Below, in pieces: positions 18,951 to 28,783 of a DNA stretch of 64,000 nucleotides. Origin of the DNA: a virus; the IMG/VR virus record IMGVR_UViG_3300042691_039794, positions 11,565 to 75,564 of that record, one strand, 5' to 3'. A program made the translations under genes and the position numbers. Every line of letters starts with the position of its first letter. The first letter of the stretch is position 1. Under the pieces are notes generated by a model, which saw only the letters and a list, made by a program, of their open reading frames with translations, did no database searches and had not been told where the DNA came from.

Positions 18951-20210
18951 ATGAAAAAAGTTGTTATATCACAAAATCAAGCAAGTTTCATTTCCAAAGT
19001 TTTTTTAAATGAGGCATTAGGGGTACCACAATCTATTTTAGATTCGGGTGAAAAATTATATGATCAGATTTTAACCAATTTGAAATCTATTACGGAAAAA
19101 GAAGAAGAGTATGAATTTACAGGTAACCTTGACTTTGAGATTGGAGATAAAAAAAAGAAAAAAATAACTTCATACGAATTGACAGTCAGGACAGAAACAT
19201 TTGAAAATTACAATGAAAAACCTCAAGTAATCTCAATGGCAGTTGGAACGAATTTTGCATTCGACAGAACATTACTTAAAAAAGTAACAGAACCATCTAC
19301 CGAGTTACACATGTCAATTACCTTTGCAGTTTCAGAAGATTGGGAACCAAACGAGTTATATGAATTTTTTCAAAATCATAAAGTCGAACAAACGGCATCT
19401 TTAGCACACGAAATAAAACATATGTATGACAAACAAGTTAGACCAACAGCTATGGTTGGTCATGACGCAGAATATCAAGCAACACAACACAAAGATAGTT
19501 TCGGAATACCAATAATTGATCATGAATTTTTTAGAAACATGTATTTTGTTGCTGTTGCAGAAAACTTAGTAAGAACAACGGAAATTGCATCACAAATGAA
19601 ATCATTGAATGTAACAAAGAAAAATTTTGAAAATTTTCTAAAAAATGAAAGAACCTACAAAGAATTGGTAGGAATCAAAAATTTTACTTTTGATTATTTT
19701 ATTTCGGAACTAAAAAACCAAATGAATAGAGTAGACGCTTTATTAGATTACATCGGAGAAAATCCAAATAAAATGACAGAAGACGAAAAAATCAAATCGG
19801 TTTTGGAAGTTGTATATATTTCAATCGTTAACAATAGGTTAAAATTTTTTATGGATATGACATCTAGACCTGCCGATAATTTTTTAAGATTCGGACAACA
19901 ATTAGGGGCTTTACCTAGTTTTATGGGAAAAGATGTCACCCAATTAGAAAAAGTTGACGAAGTAAGAGAAAATTTTTTAAAATTTACCACAAGATTTCAA
20001 AAAGATCCGATCAAATTTTTTCAGTATGAATGTAAAAAATTTAATTTTGTTGCAGACAAACTTATTAGAAAAATAATTAAACTTTACGACATGGCAAATG
20101 ACGATGAGACCCAAGTTACGGAATCAATTCAAAATTGGGATCTCCACCAAAAACTTATGGAAAAAAAATATGGTAAAAGAAAAATACACACAAAATATCT
20201 TTATAAATAA
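18951..20210 (+). CDS. late protein with HExxH motif (putative zinc metallopeptidase)
   Basis: SLAHEIKHMYD; TATTTATA upstream; leader ending FLNE. Confidence 0.65.
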   Translation: MKKVVISQNQASFISKVFLNEALGVPQSILDSGEKLYDQILTNLKSITEKEEEYEFTGNLDFEIGDKKKKKITSYELTVRTETFENYNEKPQVISMAVGTNFAFDRTLLKKVTEPSTELHMSITFAVSEDWEPNELYEFFQNHKVEQTASLAHEIKHMYDKQVRPTAMVGHDAEYQATQHKDSFGIPIIDHEFFRNMYFVAVAENLVRTTEIASQMKSLNVTKKNFENFLKNERTYKELVGIKNFTFDYFISELKNQMNRVDALLDYIGENPNKMTEDEKIKSVLEVVYISIVNNRLKFFMDMTSRPADNFLRFGQQLGALPSFMGKDVTQLEKVDEVRENFLKFTTRFQKDPIKFFQYECKKFNFVADKLIRKIIKLYDMANDDETQVTESIQNWDLHQKLMEKKYGKRKIHTKYLYK

Positions 20211-20571
20211 AATAACAGTTTTTTTATTTTTATTACTTTTTACATCAGTAACTCCATCAACGAAAGAATACAAAGGAATTGCTTCTTACTATGGAAAAAC
20301 TTGGACTGGTAGATTAACTTCTTCGGGAGAAAAATTTTATGCCGACAGTTTAACTGCCGCACATAAAACATTCAAATTTGGCACAATTTTGAAAGTAACA
20401 AATACAATAAATGATTCTGTTAGATATGTAAAAGTTAATGATAGATTACCTAAAAGTTCTAAATTTATTATTGATCTTAGTTATGGAACTGCAAAACAAC
20501 TTAACTTTCTTAAACGAGGAGTAATCCCTGTTGTTTTAGTTCCTGTCGACACCGTAAAAATCATAAAATAA
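20170..20571 (+). CDS. RlpA-family (DPBB) lytic transglycosylase
   Basis: ASYYG...TSSGE...LTAAHKT..FGT...VNDR...IIDLS; N-terminal hydrophobic segment. Confidence 0.9.
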   Translation: MVKEKYTQNIFINKITVFLFLLLFTSVTPSTKEYKGIASYYGKTWTGRLTSSGEKFYADSLTAAHKTFKFGTILKVTNTINDSVRYVKVNDRLPKSSKFIIDLSYGTAKQLNFLKRGVIPVVLVPVDTVKIIK

Positions 20572-20607
20572 TTTTCCCAACCCAATTTAATTTCCTATCT
20601 TTGTTTC

Positions 20608-20841
20608 ATGTGGACAACTAAAGAAACAAAAAGAGAATATCGTGGGGTAACAATATGGAAGTTTGAAGGATCAAAAGTTAAAGACTCCTTCAGACGTGGA
20701 GACCCACGCACATTTCAAAAAGACGATAAGAGGTTTACAAAATGGCATTCTTATCAGGTTGAGCTATTTGGTATTAAATACGAATCAGAATTGTTAAGAG
20801 ACGTAAAAAAGTATATTGATTCAATCTTTGATAAAATATGA
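20608..20841 (+). CDS. hypothetical early protein
   Basis: ATG lies 4 nt after TATCTTTG. Confidence 0.7.
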   Translation: MWTTKETKREYRGVTIWKFEGSKVKDSFRRGDPRTFQKDDKRFTKWHSYQVELFGIKYESELLRDVKKYIDSIFDKI

Positions 20842-21020
20842 AAAAACCTTGTAAGGAATGTCCACATGTAATTCGTAATCGTCATAATGATATGATTGTA
20901 GAGTTCGGTAAGAGAAGTGGAAAGAAACACAACTGTCACATGACAGAAGGGGTAAAAGATTTATGGAATGTTACAGATAAAAAATTAGAATGTTATGGAT
21001 CAAGAAATGAAAAAGTTTAG
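20838..21020 (+). CDS. small Cys/His-rich putative metal-binding protein
   Basis: PCKECP...HNCH...CYG. Confidence 0.65.
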   Translation: MKKPCKECPHVIRNRHNDMIVEFGKRSGKKHNCHMTEGVKDLWNVTDKKLECYGSRNEKV

Positions 21021-21201
21021 ATTACCAAGAAAAACAAAAAAGAAACTAGAAAAAGATTTTTACACTTATCCAAAAAGTGAACAAAACACTTATTTAGTTG
21101 CTTGGCCATCAAAATACGAGGAAGATTATATTGCATATAAAAAAGGATTGTTAAGAGGTTTAAAAGAAGAATCAAAAAAAAGATTAAAAGATGAAAGATA
21201 G
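20995..21201 (+). CDS. basic hypothetical protein
   Basis: FRLPRKTKKK motif. Confidence 0.65.
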   Translation: MDQEMKKFRLPRKTKKKLEKDFYTYPKSEQNTYLVAWPSKYEEDYIAYKKGLLRGLKEESKKRLKDER

Positions 21202-21412
21202 AGAGATGATTTACGGAGTTTGTGATAAGACAGGATCTTGTGATTCTTATTTTGGTTTTTTTAAGACCAGAGAGGGTGCAGAACATGAAGTTGAAATCCA
21301 AGCCAAAAGACTCAAAGAAGATTTGGGTATGATGGATATTGAAATAAAATCAGATAGGGCAATTTCTCAAGGTAAGTTAGTTATTGTAATCCACCAATAT
21401 GTTTTGAGATGA
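21191..21412 (+). CDS. hypothetical protein, paralog of 25246-25491
   Basis: IYGVCDKTGSCDSYFGFFK. Confidence 0.75.
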   Translation: MKDREMIYGVCDKTGSCDSYFGFFKTREGAEHEVEIQAKRLKEDLGMMDIEIKSDRAISQGKLVIVIHQYVLR

Positions 21413-21564
21413 TCAACCCAACAGGAAAAAAATTAGAGAAACTTTTATTTGGAATGTTTAACGACAGAGTTGAAAGTGATACTATTTCATACGAGAATGA
21501 GATTAAATCAAACATCAACACATCCCTTAGTAATTTACTAGAAAAACTTAATAACGAAGCATAA
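21409..21564 (+). CDS. 51-aa hypothetical protein (not in track)
   Basis: Start and stop overlap both neighbours. Confidence 0.6.
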   Translation: MINPTGKKLEKLLFGMFNDRVESDTISYENEIKSNINTSLSNLLEKLNNEA

Positions 21565-21806
21565 TGAATGACTACCAACAAAGATTGATAAACGAAATGT
21601 TATCAAAATTATTAGAAGCTAGAAGTTATATTAATATTAGTATTGTATTAACAATATTATTTTTATTAGAGTTTGTTTTAGTTTTACTTGGTTATGGTAA
21701 GTTTGATTTTTTCTACTTCTCAATATTAATTGTTACCTTTGTTGGTAACACACATATGAATAGAAAACACAAAATCGCAATGAAAGAATATGAAAACACT
21801 ATCTAG
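21564..21806 (+). CDS. two-TM membrane protein
   Basis: Hydrophobic segments; resembles 31508-31786. Confidence 0.7.
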   Translation: MNDYQQRLINEMLSKLLEARSYINISIVLTILFLLEFVLVLLGYGKFDFFYFSILIVTFVGNTHMNRKHKIAMKEYENTI

Positions 21807-22038
21807 AATTATTTTATTACTACTATTATCTTTTTCATGTACGAAAAAAGAATATAGATACGAAATACACGGTAAAATATATGTACCTACTAGTGGATTA
21901 AGTGGTTTACATGATGCCGTTTGGTACGCTGACAGCATTGATTACAGTGGGGATACTTTATTTTACATAAACAGTAATGGTGCCCGAGTGAATATAAGAC
22001 CACCATATAAGTTAATTGACCATAAAAAGAAAAAATGA
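21790..22038 (+). CDS. putative lipoprotein
   Basis: Lipobox LSFSC. Confidence 0.65.
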   Translation: MKTLSRIILLLLLSFSCTKKEYRYEIHGKIYVPTSGLSGLHDAVWYADSIDYSGDTLFYINSNGARVNIRPPYKLIDHKKKK

Positions 22039-22616
22039 AAACATATAAACAACTACCAATTCCTGAAGACACTGCTTGGGAAAGAAAAACATTATTCGGA
22101 ATGTTACACTGGAGAATTAGAAATTTTCTAACCAGTTGTAATAACCTCATCAAATGGTTTCCTACTATTTGGTACGACAGAGATTGGGACGGTCACTTCA
22201 TCTTAAAAATCTTACAAAAGAAAATAGAGTTCCAAAGAAAAGAACTTGTTAACGCCAACCGACACACAAGAATCGAATCGGACAATCGTGACATGACTTT
22301 AGCCCTTAATTTACTTGAAAGAGTAAAAGAAGAATATTACAGTTTGGAATGTATGGATTATTGGGATTCTGAAATAGTATTTGATGATGTCCCTGAAACC
22401 CCTGAACTTAAGTCTGTAGAGGTTAATACAACGGCAGAGAGATATGATGAATACTTAGCAAAATACCCATCTTCAGTTCGAGTGCTTACCAAAGAACACG
22501 GTGAAGAATTGGATAAAGAACGTTTATGCTTGATGGTATCTAACTATAACCACAAAAAGGCGAATAAACTTCTTTTTCGTATTTTAGAAGAAAGATTAGC
22601 CTATTGGTGGGATTAA
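22035..22616 (+). CDS. hypothetical phage protein
   Basis: W..IW.DRDWD motif; ends WWD. Confidence 0.8.
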   Translation: MKTYKQLPIPEDTAWERKTLFGMLHWRIRNFLTSCNNLIKWFPTIWYDRDWDGHFILKILQKKIEFQRKELVNANRHTRIESDNRDMTLALNLLERVKEEYYSLECMDYWDSEIVFDDVPETPELKSVEVNTTAERYDEYLAKYPSSVRVLTKEHGEELDKERLCLMVSNYNHKKANKLLFRILEERLAYWWD

Positions 22617-22641
22617 AAATATTATTTATATTTTTGTAAAA

Positions 22642-23007
22642 ATGAAAAAGGTAGAAACAAAATTTGGAACTTATATTGATATGGAAACAAAAAGCAACAC
22701 AGAATTAACCAGTGATAAAATCAAGGTATTCGTAGAAAGATTGAAAAAGATTGGTATTGAAGTTAAACTTCAGGGTAACTTTCCTTGGGTTTATCTTGAT
22801 GAAATCTGTGGTATCAAAGTAAAAGAAAAGTTTGCAGGTAATCACGGGTTTACTATAATCTTTCTTCCTGGTAGAATCGACTCACCACCATCTGATTTTA
22901 CAGATATTGGGGAGACATTCAAACTAATACGAAAGTATAGTAGAGAAGCAAAACTTGTTGAGTTAATGAGAATGGACGAAAAAGACGGAATGTATGACAC
23001 TGAATGA
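22642..23007 (+). CDS. hypothetical protein
   Basis: GNFPWVYLD motif; TATTTTTG upstream. Confidence 0.75.
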   Translation: MKKVETKFGTYIDMETKSNTELTSDKIKVFVERLKKIGIEVKLQGNFPWVYLDEICGIKVKEKFAGNHGFTIIFLPGRIDSPPSDFTDIGETFKLIRKYSREAKLVELMRMDEKDGMYDTE

Positions 23008-23383
23008 ATTAAGGGTGGGTAGTGTAGTGACCCACCCACTTTTTGGTACACCAACAAAGGTTAGGTCAATCGCCTTCAACGGACTTTATATAGGAACTCC
23101 AAATGGTGGCCCAATTCATATTGACGACTTCAAACCTGTTGAGATAACAGATAAGGTATTGGAGTTATTAAAGTTTATTAGAATGGTGGAAACGGCCCCT
23201 GGTATTGGTGAGTTTGATTGGTGGGAAACCGACGATCTGTCACTGACACATATACACGAAGGTCTGTATGGTGTTGATGGGTTAAGTGGTATTAAACCGA
23301 TGAGATATGTTCATCAGTTACAAAATGCATATTTTGTTGTAACAGGAAATGAATTAGATACAGAAGAATTATTATATTTGTAA
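22994..23383 (+). CDS. hypothetical phage protein
   Basis: ELRVG...YVHQLQNAYF..TGNEL pattern typical of Bacteroidota phages. Confidence 0.75.
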   Translation: MTLNELRVGSVVTHPLFGTPTKVRSIAFNGLYIGTPNGGPIHIDDFKPVEITDKVLELLKFIRMVETAPGIGEFDWWETDDLSLTHIHEGLYGVDGLSGIKPMRYVHQLQNAYFVVTGNELDTEELLYL

Positions 23384-23385
23384 AA

Positions 23386-23808
23386 ATGGAAAAAGAAAAA
23401 CAAAAATACAGAATCTATTTAGATGATGTTCGTACACCAGTTGATAAAGATTGGATTGTTGTTCGTTCTTACGATGAGTTCGTTCAAAAGATCAACGCAA
23501 TTGGTTTGGAGAACATTGAACTCATCTCTTTAGATCACGACTTGGGTGATAGTGCAATGAGAGAATGGCATTACGGTGTTGTAAAAAACTACACTATTAA
23601 CTACGATAACATTACCGAAAAAACTGGTATGGATTGTACTAAATGGTTAGTGAATCAATGGTTAGATGGTAAACCTGTTGTTGAAGTTGTGGTTCATTCT
23701 GCAAATGCGGTTGGAAGTGGGAACATGATGGGTTACATTAACAATTACCTACACTTAAATAGAATGGAACAAAATTGCGTAAGAGTTAAAATTGAACACA
23801 CAGTATAG
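23386..23808 (+). CDS. cyclic-phosphate-processing receiver-like protein (RNA-repair associated)
   Basis: IYLDDVR.P...W..VR.Y..F...ISLDHDLG...TG.D...HSAN.VG. Confidence 0.85.
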   Translation: MEKEKQKYRIYLDDVRTPVDKDWIVVRSYDEFVQKINAIGLENIELISLDHDLGDSAMREWHYGVVKNYTINYDNITEKTGMDCTKWLVNQWLDGKPVVEVVVHSANAVGSGNMMGYINNYLHLNRMEQNCVRVKIEHTV

Positions 23809-23811
23809 ATT

Positions 23812-24069
23812 ATGGAATTAGAAAAATTTGAACAAGCAAAAAAAGTAAAAGAAGATCTTGATAGATTAGAAAGACAAAAACGAAAATTGGAATACGCTCT
23901 TGGATCTTGTAGGTTGGGGGTAACTATTAGTTTTACACAGGGGCCGTTTAATAGAAAAGATGAGGTTTCTATTAATAGTATTAGTATTATTAAAGAAATG
24001 ATAACCAAAGAACTTGAAAGAGTGGCGGAAGAAATTGAGTTAATTAAAAAAGAATTTGAAAAAATATAG
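23812..24069 (+). CDS. hypothetical protein
   Basis: 85-aa ORF. Confidence 0.7.
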   Translation: MELEKFEQAKKVKEDLDRLERQKRKLEYALGSCRLGVTISFTQGPFNRKDEVSINSISIIKEMITKELERVAEEIELIKKEFEKI

Positions 24070-24072
24070 AAA

Positions 24073-25206
24073 ATGGAAAATTTAAATAGTGTATGTTATG
24101 TTGGTGTGATTGGTGAAATCCGACCAATAGAAGGGGCAGATAACATAGAACTTGCAATGGTTGGTGGTTGGCAAGCAATCACCAAAAAAGGCGAATACCA
24201 AGTTGGTAATAAGGTTGTTGTTGCAACCACTGATGCTGTGATCCCACAAGCGTTATCTGACCTTATGGGGGTGACTGGTTACCTTCGTAAAGGTCAACGA
24301 GTTAGAACAGTAAAACTTCGTGGAGTTTACTCTGAATGTTTGTTAATACCGTTCAAGTACTTAGCACCAAAATCTTTAGAGAACAATGTTGAGGAAGGTC
24401 ACGACATGATGGGTATTTTAGGTGTTACCAAATACGAACCACCAGTCAAAATGGTTGAGATGAGTGTTGGAGGTAGAAAAATCAAATACCACCAAAACCC
24501 TAACTTCCATGTTTACTACAAGTTTCCTAACTTGAAGAATGTACCTGAGTTGTTCACCGAAGAAGATGTTGTTACAATCACTCGTAAACTTCACGGAACA
24601 AATGCTCGTTACGGTATCGTTAAAAAGAAAAAACTTTCTTTGTTGGATCGTGTTAGAAAGTTCTTTGGAAACAAGTGGGTTGAGTTTGAATATGTTTATG
24701 GATCCCATAATGTTGAGAAAGGTTCTGACTCTCAAGGTTTTTACTCTACCGATGTTTGGAGAACTGTTGCGGATGAATACAAGATCAAAGAAAAGTTGTG
24801 GGATTATGTGAAAACTTACTTCATTCCTCAACATTTAGGTAGTGGTGTTGTGATCTATGGTGAGATCTACGGACACGGGATCCAAAAAAACTATGAATAT
24901 GGTTTACAGGATATTAAGTTTGCAGGTTTCGATGTTGAAATCAATGGTGAATACAAAGATTTTAGTGTTGAACGAGGGATATTTAACACCTTAGATTTAC
25001 CAACCGTTGAAGTTTTGTATAAAGGTAATTGGTCTAAAGAAGAACAAGACAAACATGTTTTTGGAAACTTTATTGAAGGAACCAAAGTTCCACATGAAGG
25101 TATTGTTGTGAAGTCAATCACTGGTGATCGTCACAAAGTAGCAAAAGTTATCAATCCTGATTACTTAATCTACGGAGAGAAAAATAATGTTGGTGACTCC
25201 CATTGA
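24073..25206 (+). CDS. RNA ligase, DRB0094/Rnl2-like, with N-terminal OB domain
   Basis: PIEGADNIE, KLRGVYS, motif I TRKLHGTN, YGEIYG, EGIVVK, KVINPDYL. Confidence 0.9.
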   Translation: MENLNSVCYVGVIGEIRPIEGADNIELAMVGGWQAITKKGEYQVGNKVVVATTDAVIPQALSDLMGVTGYLRKGQRVRTVKLRGVYSECLLIPFKYLAPKSLENNVEEGHDMMGILGVTKYEPPVKMVEMSVGGRKIKYHQNPNFHVYYKFPNLKNVPELFTEEDVVTITRKLHGTNARYGIVKKKKLSLLDRVRKFFGNKWVEFEYVYGSHNVEKGSDSQGFYSTDVWRTVADEYKIKEKLWDYVKTYFIPQHLGSGVVIYGEIYGHGIQKNYEYGLQDIKFAGFDVEINGEYKDFSVERGIFNTLDLPTVEVLYKGNWSKEEQDKHVFGNFIEGTKVPHEGIVVKSITGDRHKVAKVINPDYLIYGEKNNVGDSH

Positions 25207-25222
25207 TGGAGTCACCTTTTTT
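25192..25222 (+). terminator. intrinsic terminator overlapping the ligase stop codon
   Basis: GGTGACTCC/GGAGTCACC followed by T6. Confidence 0.85.
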
Positions 25223-25245
25223 ACTTATCATTTAAAAAACAAAAA

Positions 25246-25491
25246 ATGGCAGAAGAAAACGACCTGATATACGGAGTCTACGACAAAACAAGAGGTGTTG
25301 GAGGATGTGATGACTACTTTGGATACTTCAAAAAACATAAAGATGCTAAATCTGAAATGAAAACTCAGTTTGAACATCTAAAACAAAAAAACCCAAAAGA
25401 GACTTTGAAATTGTATAAGGACAGAGTCGTTAAAGTGAAAGATAAAACAGAAGATATATTGATAATTATTCATCCAATTTTAGTAAGATAA
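25246..25491 (+). CDS. hypothetical protein, paralog of 21191-21412
   Basis: IYGVYDKT...GCDDYFGYFK. Confidence 0.75.
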   Translation: MAEENDLIYGVYDKTRGVGGCDDYFGYFKKHKDAKSEMKTQFEHLKQKNPKETLKLYKDRVVKVKDKTEDILIIIHPILVR

Positions 25492-25495
25492 TTTT

Positions 25496-26413
25496 ATGGG
25501 ACTTAAAAGATTAAAAAAAGAAAATGATTTTTTGAATTTGTCATTGATAGAAATAATTTCATCAATCGACCCAAGTAAAACTAAAAAATACACACAGTTT
25601 TTAGTTAAAATGATCAAAAAAGATATGAAAAGTAGATTAGGAACTCAAAAATATGATGAATTAAATCCTCATTGGGAAAAAGTTTCTTCCAAGTTTGACT
25701 GGGAAAAAAATCAAATGAAATCAATTATTACATTACAATTGTTGAAACATTTGTTTCCCTATGACGGAATAACAAATTTTGTTACTTTTTGTGAATTTTC
25801 AGAAAAAAAAATGATCGATGATAATGATATATCAAAGTACTCTACATGGGAAAAAATTCAATCTGAAAATTATTTTGCACAAAATAAAGAAGAATTAAAG
25901 AAATGTAAAAAGGATATAAAAATAATTTTGGACAATGAAGATTATTTGATTTTGAAACCATTAAGTCATTTGTCTTCAGTAAAGTATGGATATAACACAA
26001 AATGGTGTACAGCGGCTTTGAATGATCCTGATTATTTTTATAATCATTCTTATGATGGAATTCTTATTTATGTTATTGATAAAATTACAAACAAAAAATT
26101 TGCCTTCTATCGAAAAGGGATATTTAAAAATTCTGGATTACAAGTTTATAATTCTGAAGACGAAAGAATTGATTCCTATCAAACAGGAATACCAAGAGAC
26201 GTTTTAGAAATTTTATTTAAAGAAACCGACCCAATTTACAACAAAAACAATTTCGAGTATTTCAATGACGACCAAAAAAAGAAAATTGCAAATTCTAGAT
26301 TATTAGAAGAAATACCGGCACCTATTATACCAATCAATCGACATAATACTACGTTCAATTATGAGGATTTTTTGACACAATCAACCGATAATTTATTAGA
26401 CGAGTTACCATGA
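25496..26413 (+). CDS. WC (PcfJ-like) domain protein
   Basis: DPSKTKKY; KPLSH.SS.KYG.NTKWCT; LIYVIDK. Confidence 0.75.
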   Translation: MGLKRLKKENDFLNLSLIEIISSIDPSKTKKYTQFLVKMIKKDMKSRLGTQKYDELNPHWEKVSSKFDWEKNQMKSIITLQLLKHLFPYDGITNFVTFCEFSEKKMIDDNDISKYSTWEKIQSENYFAQNKEELKKCKKDIKIILDNEDYLILKPLSHLSSVKYGYNTKWCTAALNDPDYFYNHSYDGILIYVIDKITNKKFAFYRKGIFKNSGLQVYNSEDERIDSYQTGIPRDVLEILFKETDPIYNKNNFEYFNDDQKKKIANSRLLEEIPAPIIPINRHNTTFNYEDFLTQSTDNLLDELP

Positions 26414-26601
26414 AAAAAAAAGTTTTAGTTAGATTGGAAGATTCTATGATTTATAAAACACATATAGAAATTGATTTTACAAAAGTTAAAAATATCATGC
26501 CATTTCCAAATGATGTTTTTTTTGAAATCGATAATTTGAAAGTCGCCATCAAACGTGAAGAATGGGACAAAATACAAGAAGAAATGTTAAAAATTAATTA
26601 G
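26410..26601 (+). CDS. hypothetical protein
   Basis: 63-aa ORF. Confidence 0.65.
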   Translation: MKKKVLVRLEDSMIYKTHIEIDFTKVKNIMPFPNDVFFEIDNLKVAIKREEWDKIQEEMLKIN

Positions 26602-26605
26602 TAAT

Positions 26606-27619
26606 ATGAAAGAAAATATAGAAGATATGATTATTGATTTGAAAAATTTGGATTCAATGGATCCTGAAATGATTATGAACGATTATTTAAATGAACCATA
26701 TGACGACCGAATTGAATACACCAACAACGATAAATCCCAAAGTACCAATTCAACAACTCCAACATGTTGGGGAACGTTGCAAGACGAAGAATTTGTTCCG
26801 GCATTTAAATCAGTTGATAAAGTACCTGCTGGTATTTATGAGATAGTATGGAATAGATCACTTTCTCAACACACAATAAAAAAACAACCATTTAAAACAG
26901 ATGAATTATATCAATTACCTTCTTACGAAATTCAAGACATTCTTAAAGACATCCAAAATTTTTGGGATCGTAGAGACAAATATCGAGAGTATAACTTTGT
27001 TCATAAGCGTGGGATTTTAATGTATGGCGAACCTGGTTGCGGTAAATCAGGAATAATACAGTTGATTTCAAAACAACTAATTGAAAACGACGGAATTATT
27101 CTTAACATCAAAGATCACGACGATGTTGAATATTTTATTGACTTCATTGCAACATTTAGAAAAATTGAACCAAATAGACCATTGATTGTTTTATTGGAAG
27201 ATATTGATTCTATTGCCGGAGAAAGTAATCATTCTACAAGTAAACTATTGAACATCCTTGATGGTGTAAAACAAATTGAAGATGTTGTATATATTGCAAC
27301 AACAAACTACCCTGAAAAATTACAAGAAAGAATTACAAACCGACCTTCTCGTTTTGATAGACGTTACAAAGTGGAACTTCCTAATGATGAAATTAGAGAA
27401 GCTTACATTCGTCACAAATTGAAAGAAGAAGATTTAGAAAATGTTGACATCTCTGAATGGGTTAGAAGAACCGAAGGAATGTCATTATCTCACTTGAAAG
27501 AAGTTGTAATATCAACTATTGTTATGGGTAGAGAATTCGAGGAAGTGATGGATAACCTTGAAGGATTGAAAAAAGCACCATCAATTAAAGGATCAGGAAA
27601 AGTAGGATTTAACAGATAA
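26606..27619 (+). CDS. AAA+ ATPase
   Basis: RGILMYGEPGCGKS, LLEDID, LLNILDG, ATTN, RPSRFD. Confidence 0.92.
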   Translation: MKENIEDMIIDLKNLDSMDPEMIMNDYLNEPYDDRIEYTNNDKSQSTNSTTPTCWGTLQDEEFVPAFKSVDKVPAGIYEIVWNRSLSQHTIKKQPFKTDELYQLPSYEIQDILKDIQNFWDRRDKYREYNFVHKRGILMYGEPGCGKSGIIQLISKQLIENDGIILNIKDHDDVEYFIDFIATFRKIEPNRPLIVLLEDIDSIAGESNHSTSKLLNILDGVKQIEDVVYIATTNYPEKLQERITNRPSRFDRRYKVELPNDEIREAYIRHKLKEEDLENVDISEWVRRTEGMSLSHLKEVVISTIVMGREFEEVMDNLEGLKKAPSIKGSGKVGFNR

Positions 27620-27622
27620 GAT

Positions 27623-27775
27623 ATGAAAAAAGGAATTTATTATTTACCGTTGTTTTTATTAATATTATTTATAATGGTTGGAACATTTTATTGTGGTGAT
27701 TATTTAGGTTTCGCCATGTCAACATTATCTATGTTGTTGTTAGGTGAGGTTTATTATTTAAGATTTATAAAATGA
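27623..27775 (+). CDS. 50-aa membrane protein (not in track)
   Basis: Hydrophobic; ATGA overlap downstream. Confidence 0.55.
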   Translation: MKKGIYYLPLFLLILFIMVGTFYCGDYLGFAMSTLSMLLLGEVYYLRFIK

Positions 27776-27969
27776 TTATAGAACACGAAGGAAAAATTTA
27801 TGAAACAGTAATATCAAAACCAATAAAAGTTGGCGATTTATATTACGATTGTATGGTACACAAAGTGAGAGAATGTCAATCTTTCATTTGTTTTGATCCA
27901 TGGTCGTTAAAATTAGAAGAAATCAAAAAAGAAAAAAAAATATTGACTGATGCTGTAGAATTGAAATAA
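27772..27969 (+). CDS. hypothetical protein
   Basis: 65-aa ORF. Confidence 0.6.
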   Translation: MIIEHEGKIYETVISKPIKVGDLYYDCMVHKVRECQSFICFDPWSLKLEEIKKEKKILTDAVELK

Positions 27970-28011
27970 AACACTATCTTTGTGGTGTAATCAATTAAAC
28001 CCATCACAATT

Positions 28012-28740
28012 ATGTCAACTTTAACTCTCGTTCAAAACTACCAAGGTTCTAACTCTTTCGTCCTTAAAATGAAAGATGTAATTTCTAAATATGGTAAACT
28101 TACCGTAGGTCAAGCATTAGCGGTTGAAAAAATCCTTAGTGCTCCTGTTGAAGTAAAAAAAGTTGAGTTGACTGAAGACATGAAAAAAATTCAGGCGTAC
28201 GCTGGTGAGAACTCTTTTGTTAAAGAGATCCAGTCTAAACTTGAGAAGTATGGTAAGTTGTCAGACAAACAAGTATCAGCGGCAATTAACCAAATCCAAA
28301 AAGAAGAGAGCAAATCTCAAATCAAAAAAATGAATATCCCTGCGGAAGGAGACACCATCCAAGTTGGTCGTAAGATCGGTCAACAAATGAAAGATACCTA
28401 CGGACTTCAGTTCAATCCTACAATCTTGGATATCACTAAAGTTTTAGGAATTTCACCTAAAGCTGTTAAGTTCGCAGGTAAGATGACCGTAAAGAGGGCT
28501 AAAGTTTGTGTATGTTGTGCTAAGACCTTGACCGACGAGTTTTCAATGTTGACTACAATGGGTAAGACATGCGCAAAACACATGGGTGTTGAATACATCA
28601 AAGACAAGAGTCAAACAGATCGTTTTCGTGAGGACTACCTTAAACGAGTAGAAGAGATCGGAGTTATGGAATTTTGGGTTCCTAAATCCCAACTTAAGAA
28701 TTGGGAAGGTGAAACCAACTTCTTACTTGAGATTTTATAA
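28012..28740 (+). CDS. early protein with a duplicated N-terminal module and a DUF6011-like Zn finger
   Basis: Two YxGxNSFV...KYGKL repeats; CVCCAKTLTD...MGKTCAK; own promoter (27975) and terminator. Confidence 0.75.
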   Translation: MSTLTLVQNYQGSNSFVLKMKDVISKYGKLTVGQALAVEKILSAPVEVKKVELTEDMKKIQAYAGENSFVKEIQSKLEKYGKLSDKQVSAAINQIQKEESKSQIKKMNIPAEGDTIQVGRKIGQQMKDTYGLQFNPTILDITKVLGISPKAVKFAGKMTVKRAKVCVCCAKTLTDEFSMLTTMGKTCAKHMGVEYIKDKSQTDRFREDYLKRVEEIGVMEFWVPKSQLKNWEGETNFLLEIL

Positions 28741-28745
28741 ATATT

Positions 28746-28770
28746 AACCCCAACTTTAATGTGGGGTTTT
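28746..28770 (+). terminator. probable terminator
   Basis: AACCCCA/TGGGGTT stem. Confidence 0.65.
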
Positions 28771-28783
28771 ATATTTATATCAT

